This document shows positions 1 to 12,404 of a stretch of DNA of 64,000 bases, piece by piece. The stretch covers positions 3,129,987 to 3,193,986 of the forward strand of contig NW_003314265.1 in assembly GCF_000143415.4 (NCBI RefSeq), given 5' to 3'. The translations under genes and the position numbers were made by a program. The stretch comes from Selaginella moellendorffii (taxonomy: Eukaryota; Plantae; Lycopodiophyta). Within the stretch, counting starts at the first letter, position 1; each line of letters begins with the position of its first letter. A model generated the notes under the pieces. That model searched no databases. It saw only the letters and a list, made by a program, of their open reading frames with translations, and had not been told where the DNA came from.

Positions 1-2761
1 TGTTATAGAGGGAACCAAAGATGCGCTTGTCTACCTTAAGCTGAAAACAGTGAAGGTACTCGTTCGGTGAAATTCTACATTTTCCCGCTTAAGAATAGTT
101 TCCATAGACTCTGTACGAACTCTTGAAGGCGAAACCGGAACAAGAAAAGAAGCTGCTCTCAGCTGTCGTTAACAAGGTATTACTTACAGTTATTTCAGCT
201 GCATTGTTTACGCTCGTTACGGGCAGCTTGGTGATCCTGAGAGAAAGGCTGCCTCCAATGCTGGTTATTTTCTGTCGTGCCTTTTGAAAGAACATCCCAA
301 TATGACGGTAACTGATACCTCAGATTCATTTGAGCTAGTGGCTCATATTTTTGTTGCAGAAAGTAGTGTTGAACGAAGTGGAGGCATTTATGTTTCGGCC
401 AAATCTTGGAATGCGCGCAATTTACTATGCGGTAATTTCTTGTTTGCTCATTTCGTTTTCAAATTGCAAAATGTTACTAATCTGTTCCATTTCCTAGTCC
501 GTGTTCATGAACCAATTACGACTAAGCTATAAAGGCGAAGGCCCAAATCTTGCGAAACAACTGATCGACATTTATTTTGTAATGTTTAAGGTATGCTTGG
601 CTGTCTGTTTCTTCTTGAAAGGATCAATTTTGAATGCTTAGACCATCACCAGTCGTGGAATGAAGAAAGATACAAATCCGCAAAAGAAACCACGAAAGCA
701 GTCTGAGGGCGCTACAAATGAAGATAATTCCAACAGCGAAGCTTCAGCTCTCGATTCGCGATTAATATCGTCGCTTTTGACAGTAAGTCTTGCTCACGGC
801 ATCCTTGTACCTTTTTTACTGTGTTCTGTAGGGAGTAAACAAGGCTTTTCGATTCGTAACCGAGGACAGCGCTGAAAACATTATTGAGGAACACACGCCG
901 TCCTTGTTCCTTCTGGTAAGGATTTTCTTGTCGATCTAAATGGCGATCTAAATGGCGCCTTTTGTTTAGGCACACTCTACAAATTTTAACGTCGCAGTGC
1001 AAGCTCTTCTCCTTTTGCATCAGATTCTCGCTAAGCATCAAACCGTCAGCGAACGTTTCTACCGTGCTCTTTATTCTGTTATGCTTTCGCCTGCGCTTCT
1101 AAAATCTTCTAAGGTGAGATTCCTCGAGGAACTGTTGCTAGAGATGTTTTAATATGTGGCGTTTCAGATTGAGATGTATCTTGCTCTAGTTTTTAAGGTT
1201 CTGAGGTCCGACGTAAGCACGAGTCGGACTTGTGGATTTATAAAGCGTCTCATGCAGGTATCTTCAAGATAGTTTTTTTGTGGCGTTTTCAGGGTCTATT
1301 TCAGGTAGCTGTACACCAATCGCCCGAGCTAGGATGCGCTTTTCTGGTGCTTTTGTCAGAGGTGTTGAAGGCCAAACACATTCTATGGTGGGCGATGCTC
1401 ATTTTGTTTCAAAGACTTTCATGTTTTTAATGCTTTGTAATGTTTACAGGAACTTTATCTTAGAACCTGCAAGCCAAGGCGATGACGTCGAACACTTCAA
1501 GGACGTGGAACTACCGGAGAACCAAGATGTGTCTGCGTTGCTGCCAGATGCTGCTAGCAAAGAGCCTTTGCGTGACGATAGCGATTCAGAGATCGATGTA
1601 GACGTTGAAATGGCAGCGGCGCTTGGAGAAGACGGTGACAGCGAGACTGAATTCAACAGAAAAGAAACTGGGAAGAAAATGCAGGCCATGCCTACAGCTA
1701 AAGCTAGTCCGCTGCTGGCCGAAGCTGCGAAAAATACTCGTAACTCGAAAGGTTATGATCCTCGACATCGTGATCCACTCCACTGGTAAGTGTGGGTTTC
1801 TTAAAAAAAAATATATCTCACATCATGATCTGTGCAGTAAAGCCGATCAGACTTGTTGGTGGGAGCTTGCCATCCTCGCATCACACATTCATCCATCCGT
1901 TTCAACAATGGCCAAAACGATTCTCTCAAATGCCGCGGTTGTTTACTCCGGTGACCCAATTCAGGACCTTGCCTTCACCGCTTTTCTGGATCGTTTCGCT
2001 GAAAGGAAGCCGAAAGCTCGCAAGATCGGGATTGACAGTACCAAAAAGGTGACCAAATTTTTTTCTACTTCTTTTCACTCATGAAGCTTTGATTCCAGGA
2101 GGCTGTTTCAAATGCGCCCATGGGCATGAAGTTGGCGTCCTTGGCGGAAGACGACGTTGCTCCATCGGATCTGATCTTCCACAGGTTTTACCGCGCAAAG
2201 GCCGAGGCTATGGGCAAACGCGTGAAGAAGAAAAAGAAAGCGCTCGAGGACTTTGATGACGACATGGTTGGAAGTGACGAAGAACTTAGCAGCGATGATG
2301 AAGAAGGCGGTGATGAAGATGAAGAAGGTGGTGATGCTGGTTTGGTAGACGACGAAGGCGATTCGGAAGAGGAAGAAATCGATAGACTGCTCGATGAAAA
2401 TGACTCGGAGGGTGCAGAGTTTGATCTGCAGGACGACGACGATGATTCATCCGACGACGACGAGAAGCTACCCGAGGTTCTGGTTGTAGACAAGAAAAAC
2501 AGTAAGAAGAAGAAGAAGAAGAAGAGCGCAAAGAACGTACCCGACGATGAAGATGAGAGCTCCGATGATGACGAGTTCGATGAGATCTTCCTGGAGGATA
2601 CGAAGGACAAGACGAAGAACAAGAACAGAAGGGGCGCGAAGAACAGGACACAAGATGGATCAACGGGGTCAAAGAGAAAATCTCTATATGCAAGTGCCGA
2701 GGATTACACTCACATCTTGGAAGGAGAAGGAAGCATGAACAAAAAGAAAAGCAAACACTAG
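1..2761 (+). CDS. NOC1: NOC1/MAK21/CEBPZ (CCAAT-binding factor family) ribosome biogenesis protein, 3' part, multi-exon
   Basis: Exons joined by short GT-AG introns: LISSLLTGVNKAF, YDPRHRDP, WELAILASHIHPSV...YSGDPIQDLAFTAFLDRF, then an acidic/Lys-rich tail and YASAEDY. Stop TAG at 2759-2761; the 5' end lies outside the window. Confidence 0.85.
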
Positions 2762-2824
2762 ACATTGAGAATGAAAGCTTCCTTTTTCTCTCTCCCGTGT
2801 ACCTGGTTGTGGAGGAGGGAGCTT

Positions 2825-3997
2825 CTAGTACGGGATGTAACGTACTTCCTGCTCCAACTGGATGCCACTCTCGGCTCTCACGCGGTCCTTGATCACCGAG
2901 ATGAGGGACAAGACGTCGCTGGCTTTGGCGCCGCCCGTGTTGATCAAGAAGTTGGCGTGAAGCTCGGACACCTTTGCTCCTCCAATCCTCAGCCCTTTGA
3001 GCCCCACGGCCTCTATCAAGGCTCCCGCTGATTGGCACCCCTTGCCTGGATTTCGAAACACACACCCTGCGCTTCGCTCGTTCACTGGCTGGGTTTGCTT
3101 TCTCCTGCCGGAAGGTCGTGATGTTAGATGGAAGTGATGGGAGAAGGCTGAGCTCTCACCTGGCGAGATAGTCTCTTTGCCTGTCGCGAGAGAGAGGGCA
3201 CGGCTGGAGCTGGAAGGTGGCGAAGAGAATGGCTCCAAGGTCTGGCATTCCCTGGAATGGAGACTTCCGGTAGCTGCAGGCAAGCTCTCCTTGTTTCTTC
3301 AGCAGCTCGCGTGTTTGTCCGTTCGTGTCGACGAACTCCACCGCCTCGAGAACTTCTATTGTTTCCTAGGCGCAACAAGTTGATGCTCGGGTTTTACTTA
3401 CTTGAAAACATGGAAGGATCAAAGACATACCTGGCCATCAGCTCCAGCATTCATAAACACTGCCCCGCCTACAGTCCCAGGAATGCCAGACGCAAACTCG
3501 AGCCCCCCGAAACCCTGCTTTGACGTGTGAATGCCCAGGAGATTGAAAGGATAGCCACTGCCAACTCGGTAGCGTCCACAGCCATTCTCGTGCATGTCGT
3601 TGATCCGACTGAGGATTACACAGCCGTCGAATCCGCGATCGTCGAAGAGGCAATTGGATCCTTTTCCCAGAGCCAGGAACTTGAGGTTGTGCTCGCGGCA
3701 GTGCCTGTGAAGGAAATGCTAAACTACGACAGAGACAGTGAAAAAAAAAACAACATACCTTATAGAAGAAACGAGCTGCTCTCTGTTTCGGACTTCTACA
3801 AAGAGCCGCGCAGCTCCGCCAATGCCCCAAGTCGATAGTTCACTAAGAAGCTTGCCTCTCACAAACTCAGGAGCCTGATCCTCGGAGCCAAAACTCGGTG
3901 AACAAGATGAGCAGAGTGATCCCACCTTTTTCCTTGTCTTGTCACCAGCACCCAGAAATGTAGGAGGCGGAGCCGACTGCCTAGCATTCACTGCCAT
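2825..3997 (-). CDS. murB: UDP-N-acetylenolpyruvoylglucosamine reductase MurB, probably plastid-targeted, ~4 exons
   Basis: Motifs LSTWGIGGAA, LGKGSNCL, GLEFASGIPGTVGGAVFMNAGA, SAGCVFRNP, GGAKVSELHANFLIN, LEQEV. ATG at 3997 followed by a Ser/Pro-rich transit-like N-terminus. Confidence 0.93.
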
Positions 3998-4063
3998 TGC
4001 CAAAACCCTATAGCAACTCCCTCTAACTCTACCATACTGTACAAGCGCCTCCCATCTGTTTCC

Positions 4064-5468
4064 TCAAGCCATAACTCCGTCCTCAGTGCCATGTACTCGC
4101 AACCGATACAAGCAAGTGTGCGTCGGACTGCCGTAGTTTGAGAGGACGTGCAACCGGATCATGTTGACTGAGGATGTCGGCTTGTCGGAAAGATCGAATG
4201 TCTGGATGCTTCCTTTGTCGAGATCATACGTGAACCTCCCAAGAGAAGTAACGTTCCTGGCATCGAGAACGTCGTCTTTCACAGTACGCCAAGCAAAGAT
4301 CTCGAAATCTCTGGGTGCACTTCTTGGGTCATAGGCTACTTTCTGAGAAAGCCAGCTGTTAGACCGAGAAACACAAAGAGAAAATCAACTTTTGCGTTAC
4401 CTTAGACAAGTGCTCCAATGTCACCGCTTCTGGAAAAATGTGAGCCCGCAGCCTGATCTCCACTGTCACATTGCTGCCTTTGAGAGGCAGACACTGCCCG
4501 GGCTCTCCAAAGCTGGGCCGGAGAAGCCTATCAGCCATCGGGTGCCTCCGAAAAACACCCGGGAGGACATGAATCCCCAGCCTGGTCCAGTGCAGCCCCT
4601 GGAAGTAGCCGTCCGAGTGATGAACCACCTTTCCTCCACCACTTTCCAGAGCAAAATCCACCCTCCCGATCCCATCCGCGGCATGCGTCTCCAGTTCACT
4701 CTGCACCACCTTTCTCGCGGCTGCGCGCACGTCGTCCAGGCTAATGGCCTTGTCACTCCCTTCTCGAGCGCGCTGGTCCATGGCCGACTTGACGAGCTCC
4801 AAAGTCTCCTCCCTGGACAAGAGCTCCTGGCTGTAGAGCATCTTGAGCGAGTTGTCCACCTTTTGGACCTGAGCCTTGATGCTTCCAATGTCCTTCTCGA
4901 AGCCCCGGGTCCTCTCCGACAGCTTCTCCTCCAGCTCCGATCGAACGCCCGACACTTCCTTGCCGATCTTGTCGTCCACCACATCCAGCTGCACTTGCAA
5001 CCACTTGCTCGTCTTCCTCATGAAATCCTCCACCTCCGAGACCTTCGCTGCCGTGGGCGTCTCTGGGAGAAGCTGCCCTTGATCGCTCTCGCGGAGGCTC
5101 AACAGCGTGGTGCTTATCCCCGCAGCCGCGAAGAGGAGGAGAAACACCTTGGCGGCGGAGAAAAACTCCCAGCTCTTGCGGATCTCCTGGCAAGAATCCT
5201 GGAACTCTACCTGAAGGTTCTTCTTAGCGGCAGGAGCCGCCGCGTCGGCAGCGGCATTCTTCTCCTTGAGCGCCTTCGCCCTGGACGCGGCCACAGTCCT
5301 GGTCGGGAGCGCCTCCTTGGTAGCAAAATTGAATGAAGGAAGAGGAAGATTGGTAGCGGCAGCAACAGCAGCACGCTGGGCCTCGATCGCCGCCGCCGCC
5401 TCCGTGTCCGCCGCGGCAGCTGGCTTGGTCCGCCGCCTGCTCTGCCTCGCGGCGCCAGCGCCAGCCAT
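4064..5468 (-). CDS. SUN1: SUN-domain inner nuclear membrane protein (Cter-SUN, SUN1/2-like), 2 exons
   Basis: TM helix, coiled coil, DFALESGGG, PSFGEPGQCLPLKG, AVTLEH, SAPRDFEI, LHVLSNYG...TCLYRLRVHG. Intron at ~4343-4400. Confidence 0.9.
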
Positions 5469-5656
5469 AATCACTCCTTTCCAGGCCAGAACCGATCAAG
5501 AAACGCACTCACCGCTGGGCGCCCTGGACGATACTTCCTCCTCGCTCTCTTAAAGAACCCTATGTTTCGTTTTCCCACCAAATCCCGGCCAATTCAAATA
5601 ACAAAATAGAAACCGGCGTTTCATATCCACCCGAAGCATATTCCCTGGCTCTCTCC

Positions 5657-6892
5657 TTACATCCGCCGCTCTAGTTCCGTACTGGCCACATTGTATGGCC
5701 ACTGGTGGTGGAGCTGGTCGATCATGGACGCCGGCGCCATCGCCGGCCGCCCCCCACCGTCGATCGCGCCACGCCTTTCCAGCATCAGACGGCTGGTGTG
5801 CTGGTGCCACATGCGCATGAATCTCCGCCACCTCAGCATCTCCGCCAGCGCCACGTCGGTGCCAGGCTGGCGCAGCCGGACCGAGTCGGCCCGGCGGGCG
5901 CGCGGCCGGGCCGGGATGTGCTGCGCGAATATGTTGGCAGATGGGCAGGATCGCTCCACGCTGGCGCCGCCGTCGCCGCCGCGGCCGTAGATGGGTATGA
6001 CGTCAGCGTCCGAGACGGCGCCCTTGCAGACCGGGCACTCGTCGTTGTGGGAGTGGACGTGGAGCCACTGGTAGAGGCAGGGCCAGCAAAAGAGGTGGCC
6101 GCAGCTCGTCACCACCGGCTCGCTCGCCACATCGAAGCAAACGTTGCAATCGAAGAAGAACTCCTTCCCGGATCCGGATCGCTGCTGCTGTTGCTCTTGA
6201 TCGTCGCAGAGTAGCTTGGCCTGGCTTTGATCTTCATCCTGCTGCTGCTGCTGGTGCTGCTGGGGATTCAAATCCAGCGAAGAAGCTGACGCGCTGTTCT
6301 TCTTCCTCGGGAGATATTGAGACTTTGAGGACGATGACTGTGGAGCTTCAGTGGCAGCCACCGCCGCCACTGCTGCTGCCGGTGTCGCTCTGCCGCTTGA
6401 ATTCAATCTGGTGGTCGTAGCAGCGCTGCTGCTCCTGGCGCCCCACCAATCGTGCTCGTGATCTCGATCGCCATCTTCTTGAGGGTGCTGCTCTTCTCCC
6501 TCGAGCAATGCCGCTTCCAGCTCGTCGTCTTCCTCGCGGAGAAAGTGATCGTGGAGGAGCGGCGAGAGATCCAGGTCGAGCTCCTGCCCAGAGTCAACGT
6601 CGGAGAAATCCATCCCCCAGAAGGGCGAGTGGTGTTCGTGGTGGTAGTCGTGGTAGTGGTACGGGTTGCTAAAGTCGATCTCCCCTGGCGATGGCGGGCT
6701 GGGGCTGGGCGGATACTCGAGGAAGAACCTCGTCCAGATCGGCTGTGGCGTCGGCAGAGGCTGGAAGTTAAACATGCCGTGGCCCATGAGCTCCGATCGC
6801 GATGGCTGCCACAGTGGATATGGCGGCGTCGCGGCCGGATGCACGGCTGCTGGGGGCGGCGCTAGGTGGAGATTGAGATCCAGCGAGTCCAT
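5657..6892 (-). CDS. RING-HC E3 ubiquitin ligase, RMA/RNF5-like, intronless
   Basis: [30 protein letters not shown]...ECPVCK...IPIYGRG...IPARPRARR. Start is MDSLDLNL at 6892 or the upstream ATG at 7000. Confidence 0.88.
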   Translation of the reverse strand: MDSLDLNLHLAPPPAAVHPAATPPYPLWQPSRSELMGHGMFNFQPLPTPQPIWTRFFLEYPPSPSPPSPGEIDFSNPYHYHDYHHEHHSPFWGMDFSDVDSGQELDLDLSPLLHDHFLREEDDELEAALLEGEEQHPQEDGDRDHEHDWWGARSSSAATTTRLNSSGRATPAAAVAAVAATEAPQSSSSKSQYLPRKKNSASASSLDLNPQQHQQQQQDEDQSQAKLLCDDQEQQQQRSGSGKEFFFDCNVCFDVASEPVVTSCGHLFCWPCLYQWLHVHSHNDECPVCKGAVSDADVIPIYGRGGDGGASVERSCPSANIFAQHIPARPRARRADSVRLRQPGTDVALAEMLRWRRFMRMWHQHTSRLMLERRGAIDGGGRPAMAPASMIDQLHHQWPYNVASTELERRM

Positions 6893-7058
6893 GGCGGCGA
6901 AATGCGGCAATCCATCGCGTCCTCGGTAGTAGTGTGGGTGATGATCCTGCAAGAAGATCGGATTGGAGCTACTGGATAGGAAATTTACGGAGCTTACCAT
7001 CAAGAAATCTTGGCGCTTCGCTTACGAGAACCCTAGTGTCGCGCTTGCGAGAGATTCT

Positions 7059-7253
7059 TTACCAGAATGGAGGCCGACTGCCGCCGCCGCCGCTCAATCT
7101 TCCAAACAGGAGCTTTGCCGAGAGGAATGCCGCGCCTGCGTAGAGCCCCCAAACGAAGAGCGAGAATGTGAGCTTGGCGGTCACGTACACGGCGCCCGCG
7201 GCGATCCCCGACGCGACCGTCGCGACGAGCTTGTTCCACAGTAGCAGGCCCAT
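7059..7253 (-). CDS. putative 64-aa hydrophobic small protein (or uORF of the RING gene)
   Basis: True ATG at 7253, two hydrophobic segments, GC-rich codon usage and a TAGGGTT motif ~65 bp upstream. Confidence 0.4.
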   Translation of the reverse strand: MGLLLWNKLVATVASGIAAGAVYVTAKLTFSLFVWGLYAGAAFLSAKLLFGRLSGGGGSRPPFW

Positions 7254-7452
7254 TCTGGCCGCAAAATCCCCCAGGCCTCGATCATCTCCCGCTCCTCTCA
7301 GGAAGAAGAACTAAGAACCCTAATTCATCGCTCGCGCAAGAGCTGCCCCAAAGCGCTCGTGTCCCTTCGTGGCGTGTCCAACAACGGCCCCGATATGTTT
7401 GAAACCGACGACTGTGATTGACCTAGGGTTCTTGCGATGCCCGGGCTCCGCG

Positions 7453-9192
7453 ATGGCGCTGCCAGACACTCTAATCTCCTGCAATGCGCTCCTCGCCCAG
7501 TCCGCGCAATCGGGCAACGCGCGCCTATCCAAGAAAATCTTCGATTCGATGCCGTATTGGAGCCTGCTGTCCTTCACCCCGTTGATCAACGCACTCGCGC
7601 AGGACGGCCAGATCGATCTCGCCAAGGCGCTGTTCGATGGAATGCCGGAGAGGAATCTCATCATCTGGACATCCATGACCGCGGCATTTGCTCGGAATGG
7701 GCATCTGGATCAAGCGGAGGAGCTCTTTGCCACAGCTCCACTGCGCGATATGATCTATTTCTCCACGCTGATAGAGGTGTACGGGCATCACGGCCAGATC
7801 TCTAGGGCGAAGCGCGTCTTCGACGAGATGCCCGAGAGGGATCTTATCGCGTGGTCGCTAATGCTGGCGGTATATACCCAAAATGGGCTTCTTGCTCTAG
7901 CGAGGGGTCTGTTTGAACAGATGCCCGCCAGGGACATGGTGGCGTGGACGTCCATGCTGGCGGGCTACTGCCACGACGACAACCTGGTAAGAGCAAAGTT
8001 AATCTTTGATCGGATGCCCCAGCGCAACCTGGTAGCGTGGACGCTCCTCATTGCTGCAAATGCCCACCATGGTGACTCCAACGTGGCAAAGCGGCTGTTT
8101 GATCAGATGCCGGAGCAAAACGTGGTGGCGTGGAACGCCCTGCTGGCGGCCAACGTGGCAGCCGACTGCGCCGACGAGGCCGAGAGGCTCTTCCGCGCGA
8201 TGCCACATCACAGCCTCAGCTCGTTCAACGCCATGCTGGCGTGCCACGCACACAGCGGCTTGCCCAACGCGGCACTGCGGCTGTTCAACTCGATGCCAGA
8301 GCACGATGTTATCTCGTACACGTCACTGCTGACGGCATATGCCAATGTTGGGCATTTGGATCAGGCGCAGAGAATATTCGACAGGATGGAGTGGCGGAGC
8401 TTGACGACGTGGAGTTCCATGTTGACCGCATATGCCACGTCCGGGCATCTGGAGGAGGCTGTCCAGTTATTTAATGAAATGCCGCAGACGATACTGCCAG
8501 CTTGGAACACGATTCTGAGTGTGTATGCCAAGTGGCGCCAACTCGACCAGGCAACACAGACGTTCCATTCCATGCCGGAGAGGGACGCTACGACGTGGGC
8601 GTTAATGCTGGGAGCAATTGCCCAGGCCGGGCATCTTGACGTGGCGGAGAAGCTGCTGAGTCGGATGCCACATCAACACCTAGTTGGCCGCTCCGTGCTC
8701 CTGGCAGCGTTTGCTCACAACAGGGAGCTTTACGAGTCGAAGCTACTCTTTGACGAGATCAAGCTGGCGGAGCAAAAGATCGACCATGTTTGCTTCCTTT
8801 CGATCCTGGCGGCTTGCACTCACCACGGCAAAGTTCGCGATGGAAGATCGTATTTCCTGTCCATGGTTGGAGACTTTGAATTGAGAGCCACCAAGCAGCA
8901 TTACTGCTGCCTTCTCGATCTGCTGGGACGAGCTGGATACCTGACTGATGCCAGTGATTTGATCCAAAGCATGCCTTTTGAGGCCGACGTTGTGGACTGG
9001 AGCTGCTTCCTTGGAGCTTGCTCGAGTCACAACAGCGTGGAGTTTGGGAGGGAGGCCGCGGCTCTGGCACTGGAAAAGGATCCCAAGAACGTAGCGGCCT
9101 ACATCCTCCTCTCGAACATTAACCAGCAGCAGCAGAGAACTCCTGTAGCTCCTGTTCCTGGATTACGCATCACTCCTCGACGCAAATCATGA
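7453..9192 (+). CDS. PLS-class pentatricopeptide repeat protein with E domain, intronless
   Basis: Tandem repeats of the A..LFD.MPERN.V.W..ML.A type, then HYCCLLDLLGRAG, WSCFLGAC and AAYILLSN. Confidence 0.92.
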   Translation: MALPDTLISCNALLAQSAQSGNARLSKKIFDSMPYWSLLSFTPLINALAQDGQIDLAKALFDGMPERNLIIWTSMTAAFARNGHLDQAEELFATAPLRDMIYFSTLIEVYGHHGQISRAKRVFDEMPERDLIAWSLMLAVYTQNGLLALARGLFEQMPARDMVAWTSMLAGYCHDDNLVRAKLIFDRMPQRNLVAWTLLIAANAHHGDSNVAKRLFDQMPEQNVVAWNALLAANVAADCADEAERLFRAMPHHSLSSFNAMLACHAHSGLPNAALRLFNSMPEHDVISYTSLLTAYANVGHLDQAQRIFDRMEWRSLTTWSSMLTAYATSGHLEEAVQLFNEMPQTILPAWNTILSVYAKWRQLDQATQTFHSMPERDATTWALMLGAIAQAGHLDVAEKLLSRMPHQHLVGRSVLLAAFAHNRELYESKLLFDEIKLAEQKIDHVCFLSILAACTHHGKVRDGRSYFLSMVGDFELRATKQHYCCLLDLLGRAGYLTDASDLIQSMPFEADVVDWSCFLGACSSHNSVEFGREAAALALEKDPKNVAAYILLSNINQQQQRTPVAPVPGLRITPRRKS

Positions 9193-9276
9193 CATCCCTC
9201 GCTTGGAAGCAAAGCTCGAGCTGGTTTTTTCTTGAGAAAAGCTCTCGAGAAACCTCAGTTGTGGAAGAGGAGGTTC

Positions 9277-12178
9277 ATGGAACTCTTGAGAGCCACTTTA
9301 CTGGTTTTGGTTCTAGTGAGCTTCGAGTTTGGCTTGGAGATATCTTCGGCGTCTCCCTCACAGGTACAACAGAGAGTATTTGATAGTTTTTCCAGCTTTT
9401 CGTTTCTCTTTGCAGAGCTACATTGTGTACCTTGGAAGCAGTCCTGAAACTGTAGACAAACAGAAGCTTGTTGCTTCCCACCAAGAAATTTTGCGGCCCG
9501 TCTTCCAGAGGTGAAATGTTTTTTCTTCACACGAGACAAGATTTCCTAAGCTTGTGTTGGATTCCAGTCTCCGGGCTGCCCAAAGGGCCATCTTCTACAG
9601 CTACACTCATGGCTTCAATGGATTTGCTGCTAAGTTACGCCCGGAGCAAGCTGCCGACATTTCAAGTACGTTTCTCTCTTTTTGCTCCTGAGCTGAAATC
9701 CTGCTGCCGCTCGCTAGGAATTCCTGGAGTTTTGTCCGTTTTTCCGAACAAGGAAAACTACCTACACACAACTCATAGCTGGGACTTCATGCAACTAGAG
9801 TCACAGGGTGGTGAGATTCCAGCGTCTTCTTTGTGGAGCAGATCCAACTTCGGCAAAGATGTGATCATTGGATCTCTTGACACAGGTATGGCAATAACGA
9901 GGAAGACTATAGAGATTTAAGTTCTTTTCTTGAAGGAATTTGGCCCGAGTCAGAAAGTTTAAACGACGAGAGCTTCGATGCCGTGCCAAGCAAATGGAAA
10001 GGGAAGTGTGTAAGTGGCACAGCGTTCAACACATCTCACTGCAACAGGTTAATTTACAAAAGATCACGAAGAAAAAAAGAGCTAACAGCTGGTTTCTTCA
10101 GGAAGTTGATCGGTGCCAGGTACTACATCAAAGGCTTCGAGCTGGAAAATGGTCCTCTCAACGTGAACTCGACTGGGGACTTCAAATCTCCACGAGACAA
10201 AAAAGGCCACGGGACTCACACTTCCTCCATAGCTGGAGGCCGCTTCGTCCCGCAAGCAAGCTTCCTGGGCCTCGGCAATGGGACAGCCAAAGGAGGAGCG
10301 CCACTCGCGAGGCTTGCCGTCTATAAAGTCTGCTGGCAGAAGGAAGCGACTGGTACTCTCTGCTACGATGCTGATATTCTCGCTGCGATGGACGACGCAA
10401 TCCAGGATGGCGTCGACATTCTCACTCTCTCGCTCGGCGGCTCGCAGCCTCTCTCGCAGCTCTTTCAGGACGCCATATCCATCGGTGCATATCACGCTGT
10501 CCAGAAGGGAATCCCTGTCGTTTGCTCGGCTGGAAACGGGGGGCCAGCCTTCGGAAGCGTTGTCAACGTAGCACCTTGGGTCCTTACTGTTGCTGCCAGC
10601 AGCACTGACCGGGACTTTTGCTCCACGGTTGTTCTCGGCGACAACTCGACGTTCCGAGTAATCTGTTTTGCTACCATGCCATCTTTTGCTCATGCGTCTC
10701 TTATGTGTCTCGAAGGGAAGCAGTATGTCCGAGTTTAAGCTTGAGGATGGAGCTCACCAGTATCCTCTCATCTCCGGTGGTGCCATCCCGGCTTCCTCCT
10801 CCAATGCCTCCGACAGGCAAGTCTAAAGAACTTTTGCATCTCCACTTAAGCATGCTTGCCTCTCGTCACCAGCCTCTTGTGCAATGCGGGCTCGCTGGAT
10901 CCGGAGAAGGCCAAAGGGAAGATCGTCGTTTGCTTGCGCGGCTCGGGCAGCCAACTCTTCAAAGGACAAGTCGTGCAGCTTGCTGGAGGCGTTGGGATGA
11001 TCCTGGCGAATTCTCCGTCGGATGGGAGCCAAACGCAGGCTACTTTTCACGTCCTTCCAGCAACCAACGTCAACTCGGAAGCTGCCGCAGCCATCTTTGC
11101 ATACTTGAATGCGTCAAGGTGCGTCCTCGAGATGCTCTTGAAAGGCTAAAGTTCTAGACATGCTTTTGTAGCTCGCCGACTGCAACTCTCACAGCTTCCA
11201 CTACTGTCACCGGCATCAAACCGGCTCCAACTATGGCTCCCTTCTCGTCCCGCGGGCCCAACATGCTCATCCCCGACATCCTAAAGGTCGCTATCCATTT
11301 TTTCTTGCTCAAGTCATGATCAATTTCTAAAATGCAGCCGGACGTCACTGCTCCTGGTGTAAACATCCTGGCATCGTTTTCCGAGGCAGCATCTCCCATA
11401 ACCAACAACAGCACTCGAGCTCTCAAGTTCTTCGTAGCCTCTGGGACGTCCATGGCCTGTCCTCACGTCTCTGGCGTCGCGTCCATGCTCAAAGCTTTGT
11501 ATCCCGAGTGGAGTCCAGCTGCGATCATGTCAGCTATAGTCACTACCGGTGAGAGTTTCTTGTTTCTTTGTATAGTACTGACTTAATCGCCTCGAAACAG
11601 CAAGATCTCGGGACAACCGCGAGCAGCTCATCCTCGCGGATGATTCTCAAGTCGCCGGTGCCTTCAACTTTGGCTCGGGTCACGTCGATCCCAACGCAGC
11701 AGCGGACCCCGGCTTGGTCTACGACGCTGCTCCCCAGGATTATCTTCTGCTGCTCTGCAGCCTCAAGTTCAACACCAGCACCGTCCGCAAAATCTCAGGC
11801 CAGGATAACTTCTCGTGTCCCGTCCACCAGGAACCAGTGAGCAACTTCAACTATCCATCGATCGGAATCGCCAGGCTCAACGCGAACAGCCTTGTGAGCG
11901 TGACGAGGACGCTCACCAGCGTCGCAAACTGCTCGTCAACTTACGAGGCGTTCGTGAGGCCGCCACCGGGAGTTTCAGTTTCCGTGTGGCCCTCGAGGCT
12001 CACATTCTCAGGCAGTGGACAAAAGCAGCAGTTCGCGGTGAGCTTCAAGCTCACGCAGCCATCTCCAGCGCTGCCAGGAGGCCGCGCTTGGGGATATATG
12101 GTGTGGAGCGATGGTAAGCACCAGGTACGAAGCTCCATCGCCATAGCAAGCACGGGAGCACTTATTAGTGATGCTTAA
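9277..12178 (+). CDS. subtilisin-like serine protease (S8A, SBT5-like) with signal peptide, I9 propeptide, PA and Fn-III domains; multi-exon
   Basis: Signal MELLRATLLVLVLV, YSYTHGFNGFAA, IIGSLDTG (Asp), GHGTHTSS (His), SAGNGG, SGTSMACPHVSG (Ser), NFNYPSI, VWSDGKHQVRS. Confidence 0.95.
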
Positions 12179-12404
12179 TCGTGATTACTTTAAGAAAGGC
12201 TTAAGGGCAGCTCAGCATTCTCCAAATAGTTGATTGCGTATATTTTCTTTCAGCTCAGCATATTATTTTCTAAGTCGGTCTGTGATTGGGGTTTGGGACA
12301 AAGATTTCTTCTTTGACTTAGCTGCGTCGTCGTGTGTGTGAGGGCCTTCTCAAGCGCTCTCTCTCTTCTCTGTCGCGCTTAAGCTTGGTTTGTCTCAAAG
12401 ATAA

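Noticed and set aside
2188-3065. Long minus-strand Ser/Arg-rich ORFs
   Set aside because: They are shadow frames of the acidic NOC1 tail and of murB.
2825-3997. murB as bacterial contamination or recent horizontal transfer
   Set aside because: It has spliceosomal introns, a transit-like peptide and plant neighbours.
4392-5336. 314-aa plus-strand ORF opposite SUN (and similar ORFs opposite the PPRs, subtilase and the 32 kb gene)
   Set aside because: Antisense shadow ORFs expected from GC-rich codon usage; no independent motifs.
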